A stretch of 64,000 nt of DNA, taken from the NCBI GenBank assembly GCA_951406725.2, contig OX597822.1, forward strand, positions 37,758,001 to 37,822,000, in the 5' to 3' direction. Position numbers and translations under genes: made by a program. Origin of the DNA: Octopus vulgaris (taxonomy: Eukaryota). The notes under the pieces are model-generated. The model searched no databases and was not told where the DNA came from. It was given only the letters and a program-made list of their open reading frames with translations. This document shows, piece after piece, positions 55,172 to 64,000 of the stretch. Position 1 is the first letter of the stretch, and every line of letters starts with the position of its first letter.

Positions 55172-55659
55172 AGAGAGCTTAAATACACATATAGAACCCA
55201 ATATCTTGAAATATCTCCAAAGTTGCGCAGTAACCAAAAGTTTCATGTGAAAACATATATAACACACAAGTCTTTGACCCGGACGAACTCCTGAAGTATT
55301 TCTACCTTTAAATCAATTACTATACATATATGTATATGTATGTGTGTGCATGGCCATGTGGTGAGGGTGTTGTACTCACGACTGCGAGATCTTAGTTTCA
55401 ATTCCTGGACCAGTAGTGCGTTGTGTTCTTGAACAAAATTCTTGATCTCACATTGCACTGGAATCACTTCAGCATTTGGTGCATGGTACACAGTGAGCCT
55501 GTTCAGACAACTTCGACTTGATGGAGAGAGTGAGCTAATGTACGGCACGAACATTTTATCATTTTAAACAAATCATTTCTGCAGGTCTTCCGACAAAAGC
55601 TGAATGCTCATAGGTCATCTTCGATAGAAGAGTCAGTCACATATACATACATATGGAGG

Positions 55660-55990
55660 ATTTTGGAAGGTCTATCTTCTAACTTTGGAACATAAATTCT
55701 TACCAACCTTTGAACTGAGTGGCAATGCATGTAATCAAACTTCCCGTCCTCTCCAACTACAACAAGGACCCACTATTGTAACAGCTTGTGTTTCAAGGGT
55801 CAATATTCAACATTCTGCCTCAGAGATTTGCGAGGTGTAGATGTGGAGGTCTTCAAAGAATGCATGGACAAATTATTATCTAAGATACCAAAGGAACCCA
55901 CATGGCGGCAGGAAACACAGAGAAGAGCAGCTTCGTCGAAATCGTTGCTTCACCAGAAAAGAAACAGAAAAGTTTCTTCATACAGAAAAG
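55660..55990 (+). pseudogene. CR1-type LINE ORF2 C-terminal remnant
   Basis: CFKG..LRDLRGVDVEVFKECMDKLLSKIPKEP..RAASSKSL. Confidence 0.6.
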
Positions 55991-56100
55991 AAACCCAAAC
56001 GCAATGAAAGCGGTGTTCCAGCATGGCCTTAGTTTCTGAAACTAATACATTAAATAAAAGCAAATGTATATACATACATATATGTATGTATGCATGTATG

Positions 56101-56134
<34 letters not shown>

Positions 56135-56358
56135 TGTATGTATGTATGTATGTATGTATGTATGTATGTATGTATGTATTTGTACACACATACATAGACG
56201 GACATATGTCAATATATGTCTTTATTATTATTATGTATGTAAGTATATACATAAATACATGCCCCCCCACACACAGAAATGTATGTATGTATATATATAC
56301 ATTTACATATGTATATATATATATATACATATATATATGTGTGTGTGTGTGTGTATAT

Positions 56359-56465
56359 AACTCTGAGAAGAGCAGACTGGTTGGTCCGCTGGACTTTTCT
56401 TTCAAGTCAGAACCACCCTTCGGTTATTCTTTGTATTTTGTATGTATACATATGTGTGCAAGTAT

Positions 56466-56504
<39 letters not shown>

Positions 56505-56589
56505 ACATACACACATATACATATATATTTATTCAAATATATATACATATATGTATATATACATATATATATGTATACATATATGCATA

Positions 56590-56669
<80 letters not shown>

Positions 56670-56876
56670 TACATACATAAATATATATATGTATATATAT
56701 ATATTAAAATGAATAAATAAAAATAAATAAATCGATAAATATATAAATATATATATTACATATATGTTTGTATGTATACTTGCACAAACATATATATACA
56801 TACAAAACACAAACAATAGCCTGAGGGTGGTTCTAACTTGAAAGAAAAGTCCAGTGGACCAATCTGATCTCAGAAT
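56359..56876. repeat. Diverged inverted repeat (about 56359-56470 / 56770-56876) around CA/TA microsatellite
   Basis: ggtccgctggacttttctttcaagtcagaaccaccct vs agggtggttctaacttgaaagaaaagtccagtggacc. Confidence 0.85.
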
Positions 56877-57018
56877 TTTCGGGAAAGCAATTTTTCCTTC
56901 AACTAACTTTTGAGTTCAGTGTTTCATTCTTCGTTTGTACAAGCCATATAAATCCACTAGCCTATATATATATATGTATGTGTGAACGGCGAGCACATAC
57001 ATATACATACATAAATTC

Positions 57019-57058
<40 letters not shown>

Positions 57059-57060
57059 TG

Positions 57061-57091
<31 letters not shown>

Positions 57092-57117
57092 GTATGCATG
57101 TATATATATATATGTAC

Positions 57118-57180
<63 letters not shown>

Positions 57181-57333
57181 TAATATTGCAGTAGAATTCT
57201 CTGTGTATACACATATATATGTATATATGTAAGTACATATATCTATGTATATAAGTACACATACTCGCATACACACATTGTATAAATGCATTATTACATA
57301 TCTCTTTATCAATGCCTGCGCGCGTATGGGAAT

Positions 57334-57406
<73 letters not shown>

Positions 57407-57429
57407 ATATATGTATGTATATACATATA

Positions 57430-57800
57430 TACAAGGTGGTATCAAACGGTTCCTAGACTTGTTATATCTAATAAAAAACAACTTACCTACGTTTTTTGCA
57501 TCATCTCCTTCAAAATAACTATCTTGTGGCGCAATACACCGGCCCCAGCGTTCCCCCCACTTTTGAAATCAGTCGGGTAATAATTTTCCTTAGGCGAGTC
57601 GAGAACCTGCTGCGATTCGCCCTTGATCTCGACAACGGTTTCAAAACGGCGACCTTTGAGTGCCATTCGAAACGTTGCGTACGACCCATTATCTTGTCGC
57701 CGTAAGCTTGTTGTAGCATGCTCAGTGTCTCTGTTGCGGACTTACAAAATTTAACGAAATTTTCACGTTGGCTCTTTGTTCTAACTTCATGTTCATGCCA
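57430..57800 (-). mobile_element. Internally deleted mariner element
   Basis: KFCKSATETLSMLQQAYGDKIMGRTQRFEWH is a mariner N-terminal HTH; TA-flanked terminus at about 57430. Confidence 0.7.
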
Positions 57801-57832
57801 AAAATGGGATATTATTATTACTATTATTATTA

Positions 57833-58712
57833 TTTTACTTCTCGGTCTTGTCTGTTCTGGTAGATTCTTTGAGAGCTGACAGCAGCCTGCTGTCAGAGGT
57901 CTCACAGGGTCTCTTTCCGTACATCATAAGCTTTGATACTTGGTTGTTAATTATCGTGGGAGACATTCAACATCCAAGGACCAATCTCAAAATCCTAGCT
58001 TCCCTCAACAGAGCAGTTTTTGGGGCTTGCTCTGCTCTCATGTAAATTCCGATTTCTTTAACATATTTCTCGAACTTCGTTGTTAGTGCTCCGAGTGCCC
58101 CTACAAGTACTGGAATGCCAGCCACTCTGCTCATAGTCCACATTTTTACAATTTCGTAGTTTAGTCGTCTGTACTTTTCAATCTTTTCTAGTTCTTTGTC
58201 ACTTAGGGGGTGCATCTCCAGGTATTGCAATATCTATTACCCCGGTTTCCTTTTTTCCTTTATTTACTAAAACAATATCTGGTCTCCGAGCCTCGATTAG
58301 TGAGTCACACTGGATTGTAAAATCCCACAGTATCTTATATTCATTGTTCTCAGTGACTCCTTCTTTTTCATGTTCGTACTATTTCTGCGCTCCACTCAGA
58401 CCGTACTTTTTACATAGCCTCTAGTGGACAAACTTAGCCACGTTATCGTGCCTCCTTTTGTAGTGCTTTTTGGCCAGCTTGCTGCACCCTCTCACAATAC
58501 GTGAGGTTGTTTGGTTTCTGCTGCCACACACCCGACAAAGGGGCGATTCGCTATTCTTATCTATTTGGAACTTGATGTAATTGGTTCTCAGAGCTTGTTC
58601 CTGGGCGCTGCATATCAATGCCTCAGTGCACCCTTTCAGATAACTTTTTAAGTGTTGATCTTGTATTTTCCTTCGATTTCTCTGAGATATTGCCCAGTGA
58701 TTTAATTTCCAG
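57833..58712 (-). mobile_element. R4/Dong-type LINE 3' portion ending in (TAA)n-like tail
   Basis: AQEQALRTN..CRVCG..GCSKL..YKRRHDNVA..WDFTIQCD..RRPDIV..EKIEKY..PVLVGALG. Confidence 0.85.
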
Positions 58713-58713
58713 T

Positions 58714-59033
58714 TTCTTCTTCTTCTTCTTCTTCTTCTTCTTCTTCTTCTTCTTCTTCTTCTTCTTCTTCTTCTTCTTCTTCTTCTTCTTCTTCTTCTTC
58801 TTCTTCTTCTTCTCCTCCTCCTCCTCCTCCTCCTCCTCCTCCTCCTCCTCCTCCTCCTCCTTCTTCTTCTTCTTCTTCTTCTTCTTCTTCTTCTTCTTCT
58901 TCTTCTTCTTCTTCTTCTTCTTCTTCTTCCAATCAGGACTCACGCCATTAGCCACAAAGAATAATCTCTAATTCGAGCCTACTCTAAGCTACTAAGAATG
59001 CGTGTGGCAACTTGAAGATCCACCTACCGCATG
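58714..59033 (-). mobile_element. 5'-truncated copy of the (GAA)n-tailed element
   Basis: About 100 bp apparently identical to 38221-38325, followed on the minus strand by about 215 bp of (GAA/GAG)n. Confidence 0.85.
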
Positions 59034-59322
59034 CTATTGAACTAAACTAAACTGAACTAAACTATTGAACTAAAATATACGATGTTAGGACGTATTAAAA
59101 TACGTCCTCACGTATTGGGGCTGTATTTCAATTTTTTTTTTCATTCATTTAGTGGCGAAAGTTTTCATCTTTTTAATTAATTTTGAAAGACTTCTCAAAA
59201 GAGTCCGATAATATGAAACGCTACCACATTTCACAGCTCACTGGTCTTTTGTCTCAGTCTCAGTTTGACTCTCTTACTAATCTGTGCTCTTTGTGCGAAA
59301 CAATTCATATTAACAGACTAAA

Positions 59323-60113
59323 TCTAATCTATAAAATGAAGAAGGCGAACGTTGGAAGGGGATTAAAATTTACAGGAGGGGGTAACTTGAGGTGAGAAAT
59401 TGATTGGGAGACGTTTTGGGGCGCTGCAGTGGTTGCTTTGGTGTGAAAACGGGGATTTCATTGATTTTTGGGGACACTTGGGGGTCTAGATTGGACACCT
59501 TTTGTTCGATTTCAATCAAATTTTCAACATGGTAAAGTGGAAGCGGATTTGTAATTTAAGCGCGGAAAATGGGTTCGAAATACTGAAAATTAAGGTAAGA
59601 TTTTTGAAGTTGAAAACAATTCTCATTTTTACGTATTTTTGCCTTTTATTTTTTATTGTTTACAGTTTTTATTTTTTCTGAAATGTAGCCCGTGTTTAGA
59701 GCTTTCATTTGCATGGTCAATCGTCGAAAAACTCCCAAAATAAGTACTAAATTTAACAAAGAAATCCTTTTTCCCTTATTTTTAATAGCTCAAATAGTGA
59801 CATGTACAAAAGGCAAGTGTGCTTTCCGTTGTCACTGCCTGATATTTATGATTGATCTTTCAAAATATTTTCTTTCTCAACTTCCTCAAGATCTTTTGTT
59901 TTTTTTTATAAATGGGAGAGAGATAGATAAAGATAGAGAGTAAGAGAAAGCGAGGGAGAGTCCGAGAGAAAGGAAGAGTAAGAGAGTGGGAAAGTGAGAG
60001 AGAAAGGAGAGAGAAACAAAGAGGGAGAATGTGTCGATAAGAAACAGAAAGGAAGCAACAGAAAGTAACAACCACACCCTCACCCGCGCGTAGAGCGGGT
60101 CACCTTAAGCTAG
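59323..60113 (+). mobile_element. Non-autonomous Helitron
   Basis: A|TC start; hairpin acccgc-gcgtaga-gcgggt; CTAG|T end. Confidence 0.7.
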
Positions 60114-60124
60114 TTACTCATAAA

Positions 60125-61470
60125 ATGGAAAAGTTTATTAAGAGGAAACATAACCGTGACGATTATGAATCTGAAAGTGAACGTTCGTCAAAGGTAAATA
60201 AGCGTAGCGATAATAATGCGAAAGCTTGACTCTGTCGTAAATACTGCAATAGCTATTTAAAGTTTGGGATTCATTGGACTGGCAACGGGGATCAACTTCT
60301 TCCGCTGTGCTGAAAAGATGTCTAACGAAGGCATATTAGCCAGTAAGTTGAAAAACCATTTTACAGCTAAACACTCACATCTTCAATGTAAAGATCTGAA
60401 TTATTTCCAGAGACTGCTAGAACAGCAATCTAAACAAAGAATCTATTTTGAAAGAAGGATGAATGCTTCTGAAAAGGTTCAAGTCGCGTCTATTGAAATG
60501 GCTGAAATGATTGCACTAAAAACGAAATCGCATACTTTAGCCGAGTCAATTATGATACCCGCTTGTAGAAATATAGTTAAAACCGAGCAAAAAATAAGCA
60601 AGATTCCGCTCTCAAATAATACAATCCATAGGCGAATTATGGATTTATCTGCTGATATAGAGGGAAATGTACAGAACAAACTTCAGAACCCAGAATTTGC
60701 TCTACAGGTTGATGAATCGACCGACATTAGCAACAAAGCACAATTACTCGCTTTATTGATGGTAACGAAATCAGACACCAGTTCTTTTGTTGCGAAGAAA
60801 TACCACTCACTACAAGAGGTCAAGATATTTTTGACATTTTATCTGCCTACCACGAAAAGATGAATTTATCCTGGAATTCACGAGTTGGAATATGTACCGA
60901 TGGGGCACCATCTATGATAGGCTCTATTAAAGGTATTGTATCGCTCGTACAACAGCAAAATCCTAATATTAAACGTAGTCATTGCTTCCTACATATGGAG
61001 GTACTAGTTTCAAAAACAATACCAATTGAGTTAAAGCAAGTATTAAACCAAGTTGTTGAAATGGCTAATTATATTAAAAATAGGCCATTGAAGTGTCGCT
61101 TATTTGAACAAATTTGTGTTGATATGGATTCCCAGCACAAGCACTTACTTTTACACACAAAAGTCAGATGGCTCTGAAAAAGAAAGTTGCATGCAGGAAC
61201 TCCAGAAAGAATTGCATGCATTTTTTAAAGAAGAAAATCACGAACGCTACTTGTAATATCTACAATGTGAATTTTGGGCTTCCAAGCTGGAATATTTAAC
61301 AGAGATATTTACACAGCTTAATAGCGTCAATACATGTATGCAAGGTAGAGATGAAAACATTCTCACTTTGACATATAAGCTGGTTTCATTTTTAAAATAG
61401 TTGTAATTTTGAAAAATAGAGCTGAAGCTGGTAGCTTCGAAATGTTTCCCTTAATACGTAAAAGCTGCAT
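60125..61470 (+). pseudogene. Decayed hAT transposase (Buster/Charlie, ZBED5/8-like)
   Basis: YLKFGF, SKLKNHF..KH, LSNNTIHRRI, FALQVDESTD, CTDGAPSM, HCFLH and HTKVRWL, with stops and frameshifts. Confidence 0.9.
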
Positions 61471-61504
61471 AAAGGGTTCGAAATCCCTTCATAAAAATTT
61501 CCAT

Positions 61505-61725
61505 CTAATATTCTTTTCTACTCTAGGCAGAAGGCCTGAATTTTTTGGGAGGGGGCAGTCAATTAGATTGATCTCAGTACGCAACTGGTACTTAATGTAT
61601 CGACCCCGAAAGGGATGAAAGGCAAAGTTGACCTCGGCGGAATTTGAACTCAGTACGTAAAGACAGACGACATACCGCTAAACATTTTGCCCGGCGTGCT
61701 AACGCTTCTGCCAGCTCGCCGCCTT
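61505..61725 (-). mobile_element. Family D SINE
   Basis: Minus strand starts GGCGGCGAGCTGGCAGAAGCGTTAGCACGCCGGGC. Confidence 0.8.
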
Positions 61726-61875
61726 AAATTTCATCTAATATTAATCTGGAAATGTATGACGAAGAGGAATTGGCATCGTCCTATTTCTCTGGCTTGCCAC
61801 GTTAGTTTGGTAATAAATGTTAATATCCAGTGCTGCTGCTGTATCGCTTCTTTAGAGAGATTTAAAAATTGTAAC

Positions 61876-61942
<67 letters not shown>

Positions 61943-62985
61943 GTTTTAATGACTAAAGAAGATGGATTAATCTCTGCTCATTGAAACCTTTTATCGAGTT
62001 TTTATTTTTGTAGTTAATCCTTTAAAATCCAGCCGATAGGATGTTAAATCTGTTCTAAGAAGCTCATTGAGATGATGTTACTGAGGATAAGGAAATATTA
62101 CTGAAGACGGCAAGTTGTTTGACTTGAAAGATTTCATCACAGAAGAGATTCATAGCAGAGATAGCAGCTCCGCAAAAAAAGAAAAAAAAGAAAGAAGAGT
62201 TTTTGTTTTCTGGAGATTAGGACAGTACTTCTGTGATTTGCTTTCAGAAACAGATGAACATTTATATTCTATTTTCAGCTCCAGTTGAATCTCAGTAAGT
62301 TCTGGCTATCTGACCCAAAATGTGCAATAACAGGACATCCATTCAGAAATAGATCTATCGGTAGCGCCGTGGGAAATTGAAATTTGTCCTTTGCTCGTCG
62401 AAAATTTGAGCTCTCGGCCCATGGGTAATTCTGTAATCTTTACTCACTAATAAAGTGTCAATGCACGAAAGCCTCGGCCCTTGAGTCACTCTGTTACTTC
62501 TTCTGATTAATAAAGGGTCAATGTATGAAACTCTCGCCCCTAGAGTCGCTCTAACTTCAGCCGCCGACCATTATTATACTTTTCGTCCAGAAATGTGGAA
62601 TTCTGCTAAAACGGACAGGTCAGTAAACAACCTCGCCACTACATTAATGTAAATCTTAATGTAAATTTTTTTGAATTCATAATATTCTGTACTGAACTTT
62701 TTTTGATAATTCCTCCTGGAAATTACCCTGAGATGTATAATATATTTGTTTTAATCTTTTCTGCCCATTTTTTCAAATATTCTCATCATACTGTTGTACT
62801 TTTTTATGTCCTTAACATGTCCCTGTTACCAAAGACTGTATATATACATGTAATGTGGCAATTTGCAACAACCAATAATTAACGCAACCAAACTTCCATA
62901 TGTTACTTTTGACAATCTTTTTCCAAAGAGTGAAACCGGTTAAGTAAATAAACATCTCTTAAATTGCATTTTCAAACCTTCTTTC

Positions 62986-63048
<63 letters not shown>

Positions 63049-63411
63049 GGCGCAGGAGTGGCTGTGTGGTAAGTAGCTTCCTTACCAACCACATGGTTCA
63101 GGGTTCAGTCCCGCCGCGTGGCACCTTGGGCAAGTGTCTTCTATTATAACCTCGGGCCGACCAAAGCCTTGTGAGTGGATTTGTTTGACGGAAACTGAAA
63201 GAAGCCCGTCGTATATATGTATATGTCTGTGTTTGTGTGTCTGTATTTGTCCCCCCCCCAACATAGCTTGACAACCGATGCTGGTAAGTTTACGTCCCCG
63301 TAACTTAGCATAGAATAAGTACTAGGCTTACAAAGTCCTGGGGGTCGATTTGCTCGACTAAAGGCGGTGCTCCAGCACGGCCGCAGTCAAATGACTGAAA
63401 CAAGTAAAGAG
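63049..63411 (+). mobile_element. tRNA-derived SINE, family A
   Basis: Family A head, core and tail. Confidence 0.9.
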
Positions 63412-63433
63412 TATATATATAAGTACAGGATAG

Positions 63434-63752
63434 TGAAGGCGCATGACTCAGTGGCTAGATCGTGAGGTTGTGAGATCGATTCCCGAACTAGGCTGCGTAC
63501 TATGTTCTTGAGCAAGACACTTTATTTCACGTTGCTCCACTTCACTCAGCTGTAGAAATGAGATGTGATGTCACTGGTGCCAAGCTGTATCAGCTTTTGC
63601 CTTTTCTCTTGGATAACATCAGTGGCGCGGAGAGGGGAGGCTGGTATGCATGGGCGACTGCTGGTCTTCCACAAACCACCTTTCTTGGATTTGTGTCTTA
63701 GAGGGCAACTTTCTAGGGACAATCCTATGGTCATTTATGACCGAAGGGGGTC
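63434..63752 (+). mobile_element. tRNA-derived SINE, family B
   Basis: Reverse complement of 3863-4198. Confidence 0.85.
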
Positions 63753-63859
63753 ATTAATATACACAGGCACATGCATATATTTCTCAATATTATCGTTAAA
63801 GACGTTACGACAAATATATAAATTTCTATTTTGTCCACGCCTCTCTCTTCCTCTCTCTG

Positions 63860-63896
<37 letters not shown>

Positions 63897-64000
63897 TCTC
63901 TCTCTCTCTCGCACACACACAACACACTCTCTCTCTTCCTGCCTGTCTGTATGCATGTATGTCCGTATGTCGTTGTCAGCTTAATCTCGGTATCCGAGAA

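Noticed and set aside
60264-61177. Domesticated ZBED-type host gene
   Set aside because: Multiple stops and frameshifts, a Helitron immediately upstream and truncation by a SINE indicate a dead transposon.
62401-62560. CRISPR-like array
   Set aside because: Eukaryotic context, degenerate units, no unique spacers and no cas genes.

Overview
Eukaryotic, repeat-saturated, apparently non-coding (intergenic or large-intron) DNA. It is most likely from an octopus, inferred from the extreme (TA)n/(CA)n/(TATG)n/(TATC)n density and abundant tRNA-derived SINEs; this was not confirmed by any search. I can support no intact host protein-coding gene, and almost all listed ORFs are microsatellite translations. 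Recognisable content: four or more tRNA-SINE families; decayed LINEs (R4/Dong-type, RTE, CR1-type); two Penelope-like (PLE) coding remnants; decayed DD37D, mariner, pogo and hAT transposases; several non-autonomous Helitrons; and two Mutator-like MITEs with 9-bp TSDs. The most interesting signal is a set of more than a dozen hammerhead-ribozyme-like motifs, mostly in short inserts abutting (TA)n tracts. These include a family whose core shows G3:C8 and U3:A8 compensatory swaps, a back-to-back pair, long-stem-II forms and a possible reverse-order (pseudoknotted) hammerhead. Fold-back inverted duplications recur across the window, up to a near-perfect 645-bp-arm palindrome. A small unique island carries a perfect DR5 and a strand-specific hairpin. 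All structures were read by eye and no folding or database search was run.
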